In this document: positions 21,412 to 32,995 of the stretch, piece after piece
Numbering within the stretch: position 1 is the first letter of the stretch
How the letters are laid out: the number at the start of each line of letters is the position of its first letter
NCBI GenBank assembly: GCA_015060535.1
Contig: SUYH01000009.1
Coordinates: 85,482 to 149,481, forward strand
Source: Prevotella sp.
GTDB lineage: Bacteria > Bacteroidota > Bacteroidia > Bacteroidales > Bacteroidaceae
Direction of reading: 5' to 3'
Length of the DNA stretch: 64,000 nt
The notes under the pieces: generated by a model
What the model saw: the letters and a program-made list of their open reading frames with translations, nothing else
Database searches by the model: none
What the model was told of the DNA's origin: nothing
Made by a program: the position numbers and the translations under genes

Positions 21412-22710
21412 ATGAAGAAAAACTTTGTTGAAGAACTGAAATGGCGCGGCATGCTGGCACAGATGATGCCTGGCACAGAAGAACTGCTCCAGAAAGAAAT
21501 GGTAACGGCTTATCTGGGAACCGACCCGACAGCCGACTCGCTGCACATTGGCCACCTCTGTGGTATCATGATGCTTCGTCACTTGCAGCGCTGCGGTCAT
21601 AAGCCCATTATTCTCGTGGGTGGCGCTACTGGTATGATTGGCGACCCATCGGGGAAGAGCCAGGAGCGTAATCTGCTGAACAATGAGACGCTCTACCACA
21701 ACCAGGAGTGCATCAAGAAGCAGGTGGCTAAATTCCTCGATTTCGATTCGAAGGAGGCTAACGCTGCCGAAATGGTCAACAACTACGACTGGATGAAGGA
21801 TTTCACCTTCCTCGATTTCGCACGTGAGGTGGGCAAACATATCACCGTCAACTATATGATGGCCAAGGAGAGTGTACAGCAGCGCCTGAACGGCACGGCT
21901 CGTGATGGACTTTCATTCACTGAGTTCACCTATCAGCTGTTGCAGGGCTACGACTTCCTCTATCTCTATCAGCACAAGGGTGTCAAGTTACAGTTGGGTG
22001 GTAACGACCAGTGGGGCAATATGACCACAGGAACGGAGCTGATTCGCCGTACGCTGGGCAACGACGTAGAGACCTTTGCACTGACCTGCCCGCTCATCAC
22101 GAAGAGTGACGGTAAGAAGTTTGGCAAGACTGAGAGTGGTAACATTTGGCTTGATTCTGCTCGTACCACTCCTTATAAATTCTATCAGTTCTGGCTCAAT
22201 GTCTCTGACGATGACGCAGAGCGTTATATCAAGATTTTTACCTCTTTGGACAAGGAGACGATTGACGCTCTCGTAGCTGAACATCAGCAGGATCCGGGTC
22301 GTCGTGTACTGCAAAAGCGTTTGGCAGAGGAGGTGACCGTCATGGTACATTCTCGCGAAGCTCTTGATGCGGCTATTGAGGCTAGCAATCTGCTCTTCGG
22401 AAAGGCTACAAAAGAAGGACTGGAGAAACTCGACGAACAGACTTTCCTTGATGTCTTTGACGGAGTACCGCAGTTCGAGATTGCCAAGGATCAGTTAGGT
22501 CAGCCTGCTATCGAACTGTTTACTACCGTAGCTCCTGTATTCCCTTCTAAGGGTGAGATGCGTAAGATGGTACAAGGTGGTGGTGTCTCGCTGAATAAGG
22601 AGAAGCTGACCGACCAGAATCGTCCTGTTACGGCAGAAGATCTTATCGATGGTAAATATCTGCTGGCACAGAAGGGTAAGAAGAACTATTATCTACTTAT
22701 CGTGAAATAA
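21412..22710 (+). CDS. tyrS: tyrosine--tRNA ligase
   Basis: [11 protein letters not shown] (HIGH), [13 protein letters not shown]; C-terminal S4 domain. Confidence 0.97.
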   Translation: MKKNFVEELKWRGMLAQMMPGTEELLQKEMVTAYLGTDPTADSLHIGHLCGIMMLRHLQRCGHKPIILVGGATGMIGDPSGKSQERNLLNNETLYHNQECIKKQVAKFLDFDSKEANAAEMVNNYDWMKDFTFLDFAREVGKHITVNYMMAKESVQQRLNGTARDGLSFTEFTYQLLQGYDFLYLYQHKGVKLQLGGNDQWGNMTTGTELIRRTLGNDVETFALTCPLITKSDGKKFGKTESGNIWLDSARTTPYKFYQFWLNVSDDDAERYIKIFTSLDKETIDALVAEHQQDPGRRVLQKRLAEEVTVMVHSREALDAAIEASNLLFGKATKEGLEKLDEQTFLDVFDGVPQFEIAKDQLGQPAIELFTTVAPVFPSKGEMRKMVQGGGVSLNKEKLTDQNRPVTAEDLIDGKYLLAQKGKKNYYLLIVK

Positions 22711-22766
22711 TATTTGGCTGCAAAATTTTGGTACTTCAATAAATTTTCGTACCTTTGCAGCCGCAA

Positions 22767-22837
22767 TGTCCAATGGTGTAATGGTAGCACAACAGGTTTT
22801 GGTTCTGTTTGTGGTGGTTCGAATCCGCCTTGGACAA
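22767..22837 (+). tRNA. tRNA-Gln (TTG)
   Basis: Acceptor stem tgtccaa/ttggaca; anticodon arm acagg-ttTTGgt-tctgt; T arm ggttcgaatcc; CCA not encoded; tacctttg promoter at 22750-22757. Confidence 0.95.
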
Positions 22838-22845
22838 CAAGATTT

Positions 22846-23457
22846 TTAATCAAAGATTTTAAATTGGTAGCCTTGCGACATGAGCCATTCAATGGCTAAT
22901 GGTAGGGCTACCTTTAGTTTCTCTATACTCTTCAGCGAGTCATGGAAGGTAATGATGGAGCCGTTGCGCGTGTAGTGCTTGACGTTATACAACACATTGG
23001 CAGCTGTCATCCACTTGGAATAGTCACGAGTGACGACATCCCACATGACAATTTTGAACTTACGAGAGAGCCAGGCATACTGGTCATGGCGCATCCAGCC
23101 GTGAGGCGGACGCACCAGATTGGTATGCAGATAAGCATTGGCTTTCTCGATATTGTAGCTGTATTCATGAATAGAGTGACGGAAACCGCTAATATGGTTA
23201 TGCGTGTGGTTGCCAATGCGATGGCCCTCGGCAACCACACGCTCATAGAGTTCTGGATATTTGCGGACGTTGTCGCCCACCATGAAGAAAGTCGCTTTAA
23301 TGTTATATTTGGCGAGAATATCAAGCACATAGGGCGTAGCCTCTGGTATTGGACCGTCGTCGAAGGTTAGATAGACGGCCTTCTCGTGACGGTTCATGCG
23401 CCATAATGCTTTAGGATACAGCCAGCGCAGCCAGATGGACGGTTGCTCGATAATCAT
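22846..23457 (-). CDS. polysaccharide deacetylase (CE4/NodB)
   Basis: YLTFDDGP, GNHTHNH, RPPHG, IITFHD. Confidence 0.92.
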   Translation of the reverse strand: MIIEQPSIWLRWLYPKALWRMNRHEKAVYLTFDDGPIPEATPYVLDILAKYNIKATFFMVGDNVRKYPELYERVVAEGHRIGNHTHNHISGFRHSIHEYSYNIEKANAYLHTNLVRPPHGWMRHDQYAWLSRKFKIVMWDVVTRDYSKWMTAANVLYNVKHYTRNGSIITFHDSLKSIEKLKVALPLAIEWLMSQGYQFKIFD

Positions 23458-23485
23458 CTTTCAACTCTAAACACTAAACTCTCCT

Positions 23486-26400
23486 CTAATATCCCAAGTC
23501 TCCGCCTTTTTCCTGGAAGATTGTGCCAAGGATACTCAGTTCCTCCAGTTGCTTGTCGGCCTTCTTCTGGTCGATGGTCTGCATGAGACCGTTGACCTGT
23601 TGCAGAATATAGAAGTGCATCAGACAGTCTTGCTTGGATGACTCAAAGCGGTAGTCCGAGAGCGAACAGTACCACTTCATATACTGTACGGAATTCTTCC
23701 ATAGACTGTCGATAATTTCCAGTGCCTGCTTGTTTTTCCCCAACGTCGCCCAGGCACGAGCCATGTCAAGCGAGCCAGAGGAGTAGTTGTGAGGCACGTT
23801 GAAGGTTGGAATCATCTTGCTGGTGTAATTCAGCACTTCAGCAGCCTTCTTGTCTTTGCCCTCAGTAAGCAGTTCGAGTGCAAGACGGGCCATAGTGCGG
23901 CGATGGGTATAGCACATACGCATTACCGTCTCATCGAGGTAAAGACCTGGTTTGTCTAGACCACCGAACTTAAAGCGGTGCATCACATTGTCGTAGGTAC
24001 GCTCGGTGTCGAAGTTCTTGACACCAGGAACAGCTTTACCGCCTATGCTGGTGGTAAAGGGCGTGATGCGATAGGCCAGACCTTCAGTAATGGTGTTGTC
24101 CCCCAGATTGATATAGTTATCCTCACCCACAGAGATGGCGACATAGATAGGACGCGTCCAATTGCACTCCGCAAGCATCTCAAGAATCATGAGATCGCCC
24201 TTGTAGAGGGCATTCTTACCCTTCAGTGAGATGGTCATCCTGTCAGGAATAGAATCGCTGGCCATAAGCATACCGCTCTTGCGGACGGCTTCCTTGTCGA
24301 TGGTCATATAGAGCGTGTCAGTAGGAATCATGTGCAGGTCTTGATTCTTCGAGCGTACCCAGTATTTCAGCACGTTCTTCAGTTCGAATGGTTCGTCGCC
24401 AAACTGTTGACGGGCTTCTTCAGGATTCTGGCGGTAGTGTTCCAGTACGGCAGCCTTCATCTCTGGTTCTACGCGGACATACTCATTGGTACCTGCGCAA
24501 TACTCAATACGCTCCCATGATATAGGAACGGAGGGTGAGTCGTAGGCAGGACGGCGCATCTGGTCGATATACCAGTCGGTCTGCAGGTAAGAAAGGTTGC
24601 AGACACGAGCATCTGTACGGACGCCCTCAACATCCTGGTTGTACCAGAGTGGGAAGGTGTCGTTATCGCCATTGGTATAGATGATGGGGTTGTTCTCCTG
24701 CTGCAGTGACATGAGGTAGTTCTGTCCGAAGTCGCGACAGGTGTAACGGCCGGATCGGTCGTGATCATCCCAAGTCTGTGAAGCCATCTGGATGGGTACA
24801 AAGAGGCAAGACAAAGAGACTATGGCAGAGAGCACTACAGGGTTCAGCTTCTTCAAACGTTCCTTGAGCAGTTCGATGATAGCTGCCACACCGATACCGC
24901 ACCAGATCGCATAGGCATAGAAAGAACCCGCATAGGCGTAGTCGCGTTCACGGGGCTGCATCGGTGTCTGGTTCAGGTAGATAACGATGGCCAGACCCGT
25001 CATGAAGAACAGGAAGAAAACTACCCAGAACTGACGGATACCCGTTTGGTCTTTGATGTTGTTATGGTGCTTGGCCAATGACTGCCAGAACAAGCCAATG
25101 AGACCCAGAATGAGGGGCAACATGTAGAAAACGTTGTGACCTTTGTTGTTCTTCAGCTCATCAGGCAGATGTTCTTGATTGCCCAAACGCCAATTGTCGA
25201 GCCAGTCCCAGCCACTGAGCCAGTTGCCGTGTTCCAACTCACCATTACCCTGCAAGTCATTCTGGCGGCCGGCAAAGTTCCACATAAAGTAGCGCCAATA
25301 CATGAAGTTACATTGGTAGGAGATGAAGAATCTGAGGTTCTCCAACTGTGATGGCATCTTGACGGAAACCATCTCTCCACAGCGGTCGAAGGTCTCTTCA
25401 TGGCCACTGATTTCACCCATCCAACTCTCATAGGCCCCGCGGTGACTCGAGCTGTACATGCGAGGGAAGAGCATGTTTTGGGCATATTTATATTCGTCCT
25501 TGGTGCGGACAATGAAATATTCATCCTTCTCGTCGGGCGAAGCTTTCTCCTTACGCTGCCATACGGGGTCTCCCGTAGTCATGACGGGTCGACAATACTC
25601 ACCATCCTTCTCCAGAGCTACTTGTGAGGTATAGGCAGGGCCATAGAGCAGTGGTCGTTGACCATATTGCTCGCGTCCCAGATATTCACCTAGGGTAAAG
25701 ATGTCTTCTGGAGAGTTCTGGTCCATTGGAGGATTGGCTGCAGAACGAATGACAATCAGCGCATAGCTGGAGTAACCAATCATGAGCATCAGCATGCAGA
25801 GCAGAGAGGTATTCTTGATGCGTGATGAAACGATGGCAATGCCTTTTTTCTTATACTGCAGTACAAACCACAGAACGGCCAGCACAATGATGCCGATGAT
25901 GGCAGCTGACCATCCGTGACCATAGAAAGGAATGCCTAGCATCGCTATAGCCAATAGAAAGGCAATGTTTTGGCGTTTCTCGTTCAGGTTGCGGTAGGTT
26001 TCGTAGATAGCCCAGATAATGATGCCGATGAGCAGGAATATATAGATAATCTCACCCGTGTTGAACGGACATCCCAGAATGTTGACAAATAACAATTCGA
26101 ACCAACCTCCTACTTGTACGATGCCTGGTACAACACCATAGAGTACGGCAGCCAGAATCACAACAGACAGGAACAAGGCAAAGAGCGAACCTTTTAAGTC
26201 GCGTTTAGGATCGTCGGTAGGGAATTTGCGATAGTAGTATACCAACACAATAGCTGGCAGACAGAGCAGGTTCAACAGGTGGACACCAATAGACAGACCT
26301 GTCATATACATAATCAGCACCAGCCAACGGTCTGCATGTGGCTGGTCGGCCTGGTCTTCCCACTTCAGAATCAGCCAAAAGACGACAGCCGTAAAGGCCG

Positions 26401-26884
26401 ATGAGTAGGCATATACCTCACCTTCGACTGCTGAGAACCAGAACGTATCACTGAAGGTGTATATGAGGGCGCCAACCATAGCTGAGGCCTCAATGGCTAT
26501 CATTTTTGCCGTTGTCAGCTCGCTCCAGTCTTTGATTAACAGGCGTCTGACGAGATGTGAGATGGTCCAGAAAAGGAACAGTATGGTTGCTGCCGAGAGC
26601 AGGGCGCTCATCGTATTGACCATTCGGGCCACCTGACTGGGGTCAGAAGCAAACTGTGAGAAAAGATTGGCTGTCAGCATGAAGAAAGGCGCACCTGGTG
26701 GGTGTCCAATTTCCAGTTTATAGCCTGTGGAGATAAATTCCGGACAGTCCCAGAAAGAGGCTGTGGGTTCGATGGTGGAGCAGTATACAAAGGCAGCAAT
26801 TGCAAACGTCAGCCAGCCTAAGATGTTGTCCACAAGTCTGAATTCTTTGACCTTAGTCAAAGCGACTTTGTCGATTTCTTTCAT
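23486..26884 (-). CDS. DUF2723 domain membrane protein (GT-C-like)
   Basis: SFWDCPEFI, HPPGAP, AVEGEVY, PRERDY, GDNDTFPLWY; start placed at MKEIDK. Confidence 0.85.
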   Translation of the reverse strand: MKEIDKVALTKVKEFRLVDNILGWLTFAIAAFVYCSTIEPTASFWDCPEFISTGYKLEIGHPPGAPFFMLTANLFSQFASDPSQVARMVNTMSALLSAATILFLFWTISHLVRRLLIKDWSELTTAKMIAIEASAMVGALIYTFSDTFWFSAVEGEVYAYSSAFTAVVFWLILKWEDQADQPHADRWLVLIMYMTGLSIGVHLLNLLCLPAIVLVYYYRKFPTDDPKRDLKGSLFALFLSVVILAAVLYGVVPGIVQVGGWFELLFVNILGCPFNTGEIIYIFLLIGIIIWAIYETYRNLNEKRQNIAFLLAIAMLGIPFYGHGWSAAIIGIIVLAVLWFVLQYKKKGIAIVSSRIKNTSLLCMLMLMIGYSSYALIVIRSAANPPMDQNSPEDIFTLGEYLGREQYGQRPLLYGPAYTSQVALEKDGEYCRPVMTTGDPVWQRKEKASPDEKDEYFIVRTKDEYKYAQNMLFPRMYSSSHRGAYESWMGEISGHEETFDRCGEMVSVKMPSQLENLRFFISYQCNFMYWRYFMWNFAGRQNDLQGNGELEHGNWLSGWDWLDNWRLGNQEHLPDELKNNKGHNVFYMLPLILGLIGLFWQSLAKHHNNIKDQTGIRQFWVVFFLFFMTGLAIVIYLNQTPMQPRERDYAYAGSFYAYAIWCGIGVAAIIELLKERLKKLNPVVLSAIVSLSCLFVPIQMASQTWDDHDRSGRYTCRDFGQNYLMSLQQENNPIIYTNGDNDTFPLWYNQDVEGVRTDARVCNLSYLQTDWYIDQMRRPAYDSPSVPISWERIEYCAGTNEYVRVEPEMKAAVLEHYRQNPEEARQQFGDEPFELKNVLKYWVRSKNQDLHMIPTDTLYMTIDKEAVRKSGMLMASDSIPDRMTISLKGKNALYKGDLMILEMLAECNWTRPIYVAISVGEDNYINLGDNTITEGLAYRITPFTTSIGGKAVPGVKNFDTERTYDNVMHRFKFGGLDKPGLYLDETVMRMCYTHRRTMARLALELLTEGKDKKAAEVLNYTSKMIPTFNVPHNYSSGSLDMARAWATLGKNKQALEIIDSLWKNSVQYMKWYCSLSDYRFESSKQDCLMHFYILQQVNGLMQTIDQKKADKQLEELSILGTIFQEKGGDLGY

Positions 26885-26981
26885 TCTTATTTGAGTTGAT
26901 TTAATATATTCCAATCTGCAAAGTTAACTCTTTTATATGGAACAATGGCCATTGTCTGCTGACCATTATTTTTTTTTAACG

Positions 26982-27434
26982 CTAGATGAGCAGTTGTGCA
27001 CCATATATCAGCAACACATAACGTAAAAACTTTCCAATACTGATACTGATGAGTGAAATAGGCAGGTTGGCACGCATGAGGCCCAAAACAATAGTAATTG
27101 CGCTGCCTAAAATGGGTACAAAGGCGAAAAATCCCATCCACGCTCCGCGTCCGGCCATAAAGCGACTGGCGCGGTCTAAGTCTTTTTGCTTGACGTGCAG
27201 GTAACGCTCTATCCATTCCATTTTACCCATACGCCCGACAAAATAGTTGAACATACCTCCTGCCACATTACCTATCGTGCCATATATGATGAGCCCCCAT
27301 GGATCAAGTCCGGCAGCCAGCAGTCCTGTCATCACGGCCTCGCTGGAGAAGGGGAAGAAAGAGCCTGCTACAAAGGCAGTGATGAGCATGCCCCAATAAC
27401 CATAGCTGATTAGAAGAGAGATGATGTATTCCAT
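26982..27434 (-). CDS. YqaA/DedA (VTT) family membrane protein
   Basis: FVAGSFFPFSSE, GNVAGG, GKFLRY. Confidence 0.85.
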   Translation of the reverse strand: MEYIISLLISYGYWGMLITAFVAGSFFPFSSEAVMTGLLAAGLDPWGLIIYGTIGNVAGGMFNYFVGRMGKMEWIERYLHVKQKDLDRASRFMAGRGAWMGFFAFVPILGSAITIVLGLMRANLPISLISISIGKFLRYVLLIYGAQLLI

Positions 27435-28348
27435 AGGTTATAGGCTGTGAGCATAAGCACGGTGACGATGAACAGGAAGAATGACGCATTGGTCAACTTT
27501 GTAGATGTCAACGTGAAGTAATGGGCTATCAGTGGTGCTGTATTGATTAGCATCATACGCATCAGCAGGTCATAATGTTGAGGCTGTATGAAAAGAAACA
27601 CTGCGACCGTCAGGTCCATCCAGATGAAGATGGAATAGAACATTCGGGTGCGGATATTTTCTGCGTAGCTCTTATTGATGAAGTGCACTATTCCCGTCAG
27701 CATTAGGATGACCATCAGCGTAAAGGTCGCCATCTGGCTTATGGAGAGTATTCCGAAGTCGAAAGGTTGATGGAAGGTAGCGAGTGGCATGAAATGCTCG
27801 GGCCATTCGTCTATGCCATAGTGGTAAATGAGCCAAGTGCCTATTATCCAATAGGGTGTGAGCAGTCCGATAACTGATGCTGCCCATGTACGTATAGACA
27901 GCAGGCTGAGATACTTGGCCATGAAGAGCCACAATAGCGGAACCAAGAAGAGAATATGCACATAGGCCATGCTCGCTATTCCATAAACCATGAAAGCATA
28001 GAATACCTTACCTGTGGCTTTTTCGTCTTGATAACTGGTGAATAAGAGGATATAGGCCATCACAATGCACATGCTTGCTATGGCTCCAGGAATGGAAGGG
28101 AACAGGAAACAGGCACAGCAAGACAAGACCAAAAAGGTGCTGCTCACCATGCGTGAATAGATGCGGATAAGCACATGCAACTTGTTGAGCTGTAGCATCA
28201 GAATAGTGGTAACTGCCATACATGCTATCTGCACCCACCACTCTTCCTGTATCACACCACACAATAGCCATATTGCTGTGGCATAAAGAAGGGAGAGGGG
28301 GAATGTGAGTGTACTCTCTGATACCTTGTTCTGTGCTAATTTCCTCAT
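27410..28348 (-). CDS. conserved hypothetical integral membrane protein
   Basis: 312 aa with many TM segments; co-oriented with purD. Confidence 0.7.
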   Translation of the reverse strand: MRKLAQNKVSESTLTFPLSLLYATAIWLLCGVIQEEWWVQIACMAVTTILMLQLNKLHVLIRIYSRMVSSTFLVLSCCACFLFPSIPGAIASMCIVMAYILLFTSYQDEKATGKVFYAFMVYGIASMAYVHILFLVPLLWLFMAKYLSLLSIRTWAASVIGLLTPYWIIGTWLIYHYGIDEWPEHFMPLATFHQPFDFGILSISQMATFTLMVILMLTGIVHFINKSYAENIRTRMFYSIFIWMDLTVAVFLFIQPQHYDLLMRMMLINTAPLIAHYFTLTSTKLTNASFFLFIVTVLMLTAYNLWNTSSLF

Positions 28349-29617
28349 TTACAGGTCTGCTCCGATATCGCGACGGAAATATTTGTCAGTAAACTGAATC
28401 TTCTGTGCCTCCTCGAATGACTTCTGTAGAGCCTCAGCCTTGTCTTTTCCGTAGGAAGAAACAGCGATTACGCGTCCTCCGGCAGTAACCACCTGCCCAT
28501 CTTTCAAAGCCGTGCCGCTGTGAAATACGATACTGCCTTCTACTTGTTCAATGCCGCTGATAGGGTAGCCTTTCTTGTACTCTTGGGGATAACCACCGCT
28601 GACCAGCATGACACATACGGCAGCACGCTCGTCAAAAACGATGGGACGTTGGTCAAGATTGCCTTCTGCCACACCTTCAAAGAGATCGACAATATCTGAT
28701 TTCAAGCGCAGCATGACGCTCTCCGTCTCAGGATCGCCCATACGGCAGTTATACTCAATGACCATAGGTTCGCCTTTCACGTTGATGAGTCCGAAGAAGA
28801 TAAAACCCTTGTAGTCAATATCTTCGGCTTTCAGACCTTTAACGGTAGGACGGATAATGCGGTCTTCTACCTTCTGCATCCACTCCTTAGTAGCAAAGGG
28901 CACGGGGGTCACTGAGCCCATACCACCTGTGTTCAAGCCGGTGTCGTGCTCGCCAATGCGTTTGTAGTCTTTAGCTTCGGGCAGTATCTTATAGTGATTT
29001 CCATCGGTCAGCACGAAGACGGAGCATTCGATGCCACTGAGGAACTCCTCGATGACCACGCGACTTGAGGCATTGCCGAACATACCGCCCAGCATTTCCT
29101 TCAGTTCCTTCTTTGCTTCATCGAGTGTAGGCAGTATGAGAACACCCTTTCCGGCGCATAGTCCGTCTGCTTTCAACACATAGGGGGCTTCCAGCGTCTC
29201 CAGGAATTTCAGACCTTCCTGGAGATGCTCGCCATCGAACGTCTCATAGCGGGCTGTAGGAATCTGGTGGCGTTGCATGAATCCCTTGGCGAAATCTTTA
29301 GAGCCCTCCAGCACGGCACCGGCCTTTGATGGACCGATGACGGGGATATTCTTGGTCCTGTCATCAGCCTTTAAGTTGTCGTAGATACCTTTTACCAATG
29401 GGTCTTCAGGGCCTACTACGACCATACTGATCTGCTTCTCTGCGCAGAACTGTTTGATGGCTTCAAAATCATCAGCTTTCATGGCGACATTTTCGCCACA
29501 GTTGCTGGTGCCTGCATTGCCTGGTGCAATGTAAAGTTTCTCACACTTGCTGCTCTGAGCAATCTTCCATGCCAGCGCGTGCTCACGCCCACCGCTGCCT
29601 AACAGTAATATCTTCAT
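28349..29617 (-). CDS. purD: phosphoribosylamine--glycine ligase
   Basis: [41 protein letters not shown]. Confidence 0.97.
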   Translation of the reverse strand: MKILLLGSGGREHALAWKIAQSSKCEKLYIAPGNAGTSNCGENVAMKADDFEAIKQFCAEKQISMVVVGPEDPLVKGIYDNLKADDRTKNIPVIGPSKAGAVLEGSKDFAKGFMQRHQIPTARYETFDGEHLQEGLKFLETLEAPYVLKADGLCAGKGVLILPTLDEAKKELKEMLGGMFGNASSRVVIEEFLSGIECSVFVLTDGNHYKILPEAKDYKRIGEHDTGLNTGGMGSVTPVPFATKEWMQKVEDRIIRPTVKGLKAEDIDYKGFIFFGLINVKGEPMVIEYNCRMGDPETESVMLRLKSDIVDLFEGVAEGNLDQRPIVFDERAAVCVMLVSGGYPQEYKKGYPISGIEQVEGSIVFHSGTALKDGQVVTAGGRVIAVSSYGKDKAEALQKSFEEAQKIQFTDKYFRRDIGADL

Positions 29618-29628
29618 TGTTGTTGTAA

Positions 29629-30858
29629 TTATAGTTTTCCTTGTTCACCTAAATACGAATCCTTGAATCCTAAGAAATAGAGCACACCGTCGAGTCCTAT
29701 TGTGTTGATGCTCTGCTTTGCATTAGCTACCACACGGGGTTTTGCGTGGAAGGCAATACCCAGACCGGCTTCGCTAATCATAGGCAGGTCGTTGGCTCCG
29801 TCGCCTACGGCAATGGTCTGAGCCAGGTTGACCTTCTCCACTTGTGCAATGAGTTTCAGTAATTCCGCTTTACGGTGGCCGTCGACTATCTCACCCACAT
29901 AGCGGCCTGTCAGCTTGCCATCCTCGCCAATCTCCAATTCGTTGGCATAGACATAGTCGATGCCATAGCGTCGCTGTAGGTATTCGCCAAAATAGGTAAA
30001 TCCACCGGAAAGAATGGCAATCTTGTAGCCACAGGTTTTGAGGATGTTCATCAGACGGTCAGCACCCTCAGTGATAGGCAGGTGTTCCGCAATGTCCTGC
30101 ATGACGCTGACATCCAGTCCTTTCAGCAAAGCAACTCTTCGAGTAAAACTCTCCTTGAAGTCGATTTCGCCACGCATGGCACTTTCGGTAATGGCACGCA
30201 CTTCCGCACCAACGCCATTGCGCTCTGCCAACTCGTCGATACATTCCGTTTGGATAAGTGTAGAGTCCATATCGAAGCAGATGAGGCGTCGCATGCGGCG
30301 GAACATATCATCTTTCTGGAAAGAGAAATCAATTTCCATTTCCTGAGATAGTTTCATCAGCTTCGACTGCATCTCTTGTCGGTTGACGGGTTCACCGCGC
30401 AGCGAGAATTGGATACAGGCGCGTATGTGTTTGGCAGGATTGATAATACTCTTTCGACCGGTGAGTCGGAGAATGGAGTCGATATTCAGACCCTGGTCGG
30501 CTAGGATACGGGTGGCTGCCTCTATCTGGCGCGCCTCCAACTGGCGTCCTAAGACCATCAGAATATAGCGGTTCTTGCCCTGATGACCTACCCAGTCCTC
30601 ATATTCTTCATCGCTGATAGGCGAGAAACCGATGTTCACACCCAACTCGGTAGCCTTGAATAGCAGTTCCTTCATGGCCAGACCTGACTTCATGTCGTCC
30701 ATGCGGATGAGGATGCCCAGCGATAGGGTAGAGTGGATGTCGGCTTGGCCGATATCTAGAATCTGGGCATCATACTTGGCTAAAATTCCCATGACTGATG
30801 CGGTCAGTCCAGGGCGGTCTTGTCCTGTGATGCGGACGAGTATCTGTTCCTCTTTCAT
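29629..30858 (-). CDS. serB: phosphoserine phosphatase with N-terminal ACT domains
   Basis: ITGQDRPG (ACT); HAD motifs [22 protein letters not shown]. Confidence 0.95.
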   Translation of the reverse strand: MKEEQILVRITGQDRPGLTASVMGILAKYDAQILDIGQADIHSTLSLGILIRMDDMKSGLAMKELLFKATELGVNIGFSPISDEEYEDWVGHQGKNRYILMVLGRQLEARQIEAATRILADQGLNIDSILRLTGRKSIINPAKHIRACIQFSLRGEPVNRQEMQSKLMKLSQEMEIDFSFQKDDMFRRMRRLICFDMDSTLIQTECIDELAERNGVGAEVRAITESAMRGEIDFKESFTRRVALLKGLDVSVMQDIAEHLPITEGADRLMNILKTCGYKIAILSGGFTYFGEYLQRRYGIDYVYANELEIGEDGKLTGRYVGEIVDGHRKAELLKLIAQVEKVNLAQTIAVGDGANDLPMISEAGLGIAFHAKPRVVANAKQSINTIGLDGVLYFLGFKDSYLGEQGKL

Positions 30859-30862
30859 AGTT

Positions 30863-32995
30863 TTATTTTAAGTAGTCTTCAAAGTATTGGGTAATTCGTT
30901 CGTGCAAATGGACAGAGGCGTGGCCTCGCATATTGTGCTCTTCGCCTGGATAAGCGAAGAAATCCGGCTGTGTTCCAGCCTTGATGCAGGCATCGAGGAA
31001 AGACAGGCAGTGCTGTGGCACGACGGTGTTGTCGTTGTAGCCTGTGATGATCTGCAGCTTTCCTTTCAGATTCTTGGCTTTGTCGATAAGACTGGTTTTG
31101 GCATATCCATCTGGGTTGGTTTGCGGGGTGTCCATATAACGCTCGCCATACATCACCTCATACCATTTCCAGTCGATGACGGGACCACCTGCCACTCCGA
31201 CTTTGAATACGTCGGGGTAATTGACCATGAGCGAGATAGTCATAAATCCTCCAAACGACCAGCCGTGAACACCTAGTCGTTGCATGTCGACATAGGGTAG
31301 AGTGCGCAGGAAGTCAACTCCTTTCATTTGGTCTTGCATTTCAATCTGTCCCAGTTGACGGAAGGTGGCTTGTTCGAAGGCAAGACCACGATTCTCCGAT
31401 CCGCGGTTGTCGAGAATGAATAGAATATACCCCTTTTGGGCCATATAAGTCTCCCACGAACGGCTATACCAGTGCCATCCTGCCTCTACGTTGTGGGCGT
31501 GTGGTCCACCATAGACGTATACGATGGTAGGATACTTCTTTGTAGGATTGAAGTCGTGGGGCTTTACCATTCTATAGTAAAGGTCTGTGGTACCGTCTGC
31601 AGCCTTGATGGTGCCGCTTTCGAAGATAGGCACTTTGTAACCCTTCCACGGGTCTGCTGCAGTCAACAGGCGCTGGGCCTTTCCGGTCTTCGTATTCACC
31701 AGGTCGATGTTGCGTGGAACATCAGGCTCTGTGTATCTGTCATACATCCATTCTCCATTAGCTGACAGAACGGCATGGTGTGAGCCCTTTCCGTTGTCAA
31801 GGAGTACGCGCTTTCCCGTCTTAACGCTGACGGTATAGGTGTTATGCTGGATTGGATTGGCTTCGTTGGATGTAATGATGATGCTTTTCTGCTTCTCGTT
31901 GAAGCCTAGAACCTGTTGAACCACAAACGGCCCCCTGGTCAGTTGTTTTTGCAACTTCCCTACCTTATTATATATATATAGATGGTTGAAGCCATCGCGC
32001 TGGCTTTGCATGATGAACTTGTCACTGTCCCAGGGCAGGAAAACGATAGGATGCAGAGGTTCTACATATTTCTCACTGGTCTCTCGATACAGTTCGGCAA
32101 TGCGCTGACCAGTAGTGGCATCATAGCTGACGAGGCGACAGTCGTTCTGGTCGCGGTTTAACTCAAACATATAAAGCGTATTGCCGTCAGGAGCCCATGC
32201 GATATTGGTGAAATAGCGGTCGGTAGGATTGCCAGCCTGCAGATAGATGGTCTGCTGTGTATGTAGGTCGTAGATGCCTACAGTTACTTGATGCGAAGTC
32301 TCGCCGGCCATGGGGTATTTGTCGGGCTCATAGGTGGCTGAGCGTTGGAAGATATCAACCTGTGGATAGTCAGTCACCTTCGACTGGTCCATACGGTAAA
32401 AGGCCAGGCGCATTCCGTTGGGACTCCAGAAAAGTCCTTTGTCGATGCCGAACTCATTGCGATGAACACTCTGACCATACACGATGTCACGACTTCCGTC
32501 AGCCGTCAGTTTCTGCTCTTTGTTGTCGGCATCGCGTACGAAGAGCTGATGGTCCTTGACATAAGCTACGGCCCGTGATGCAGCGTTCCATTCGCTGAAT
32601 TGCTCTCCCTCGCAGGTCTGCTGCCAGACGGTCTTCTTCAGCTTCCAGTCGTAGAGGATACGCTGTTTGCTGTTTTTCAGCAGAACGACGGTCTGATCGG
32701 CATAAGGATATTGGGCTGAAAAGGCCGAATGAAAGTCGGTTCCAACGTCTTTTAGCGTGAAGAATGCTTTCCTCTCGCCACTTGTTTCTTGCATTCCACC
32801 CTCTTCAGCATCTTGATACATCAGTTGGTTTCCCCACCACGTCAGCCACAGGTTTTCGGGCAACATATTGCGATAGTTGTTGCCACCGAAGTTCAGGTCT
32901 TCCAATGTGAAGAGTTTTTCCTCTTGAGCTGTCATGGGGAGATGGGGTAGGGTGAGTAGGGAAAAGAGGATAAGCAGACTTTTAATCTTCATCAT
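30863..32995 (-). CDS. S9 family dipeptidyl peptidase IV
   Basis: GWSFGG nucleophile, YVYGGP, beta-propeller FWSPNG; real start at the MMKIKSLL signal peptide, not the ORF-track start. Confidence 0.9.
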   Translation of the reverse strand: MMKIKSLLILFSLLTLPHLPMTAQEEKLFTLEDLNFGGNNYRNMLPENLWLTWWGNQLMYQDAEEGGMQETSGERKAFFTLKDVGTDFHSAFSAQYPYADQTVVLLKNSKQRILYDWKLKKTVWQQTCEGEQFSEWNAASRAVAYVKDHQLFVRDADNKEQKLTADGSRDIVYGQSVHRNEFGIDKGLFWSPNGMRLAFYRMDQSKVTDYPQVDIFQRSATYEPDKYPMAGETSHQVTVGIYDLHTQQTIYLQAGNPTDRYFTNIAWAPDGNTLYMFELNRDQNDCRLVSYDATTGQRIAELYRETSEKYVEPLHPIVFLPWDSDKFIMQSQRDGFNHLYIYNKVGKLQKQLTRGPFVVQQVLGFNEKQKSIIITSNEANPIQHNTYTVSVKTGKRVLLDNGKGSHHAVLSANGEWMYDRYTEPDVPRNIDLVNTKTGKAQRLLTAADPWKGYKVPIFESGTIKAADGTTDLYYRMVKPHDFNPTKKYPTIVYVYGGPHAHNVEAGWHWYSRSWETYMAQKGYILFILDNRGSENRGLAFEQATFRQLGQIEMQDQMKGVDFLRTLPYVDMQRLGVHGWSFGGFMTISLMVNYPDVFKVGVAGGPVIDWKWYEVMYGERYMDTPQTNPDGYAKTSLIDKAKNLKGKLQIITGYNDNTVVPQHCLSFLDACIKAGTQPDFFAYPGEEHNMRGHASVHLHERITQYFEDYLK

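Noticed and set aside
22767-22860. tRNA-Gln as an island integration site
   Set aside because: Flanked by core genes, with no integrase and no duplicated tRNA 3' end noticed.
23486-26884. DUF2723 plus deacetylase as a novel system
   Set aside because: Appears to be an ordinary conserved Bacteroidota neighbourhood; nothing unusual in this copy.
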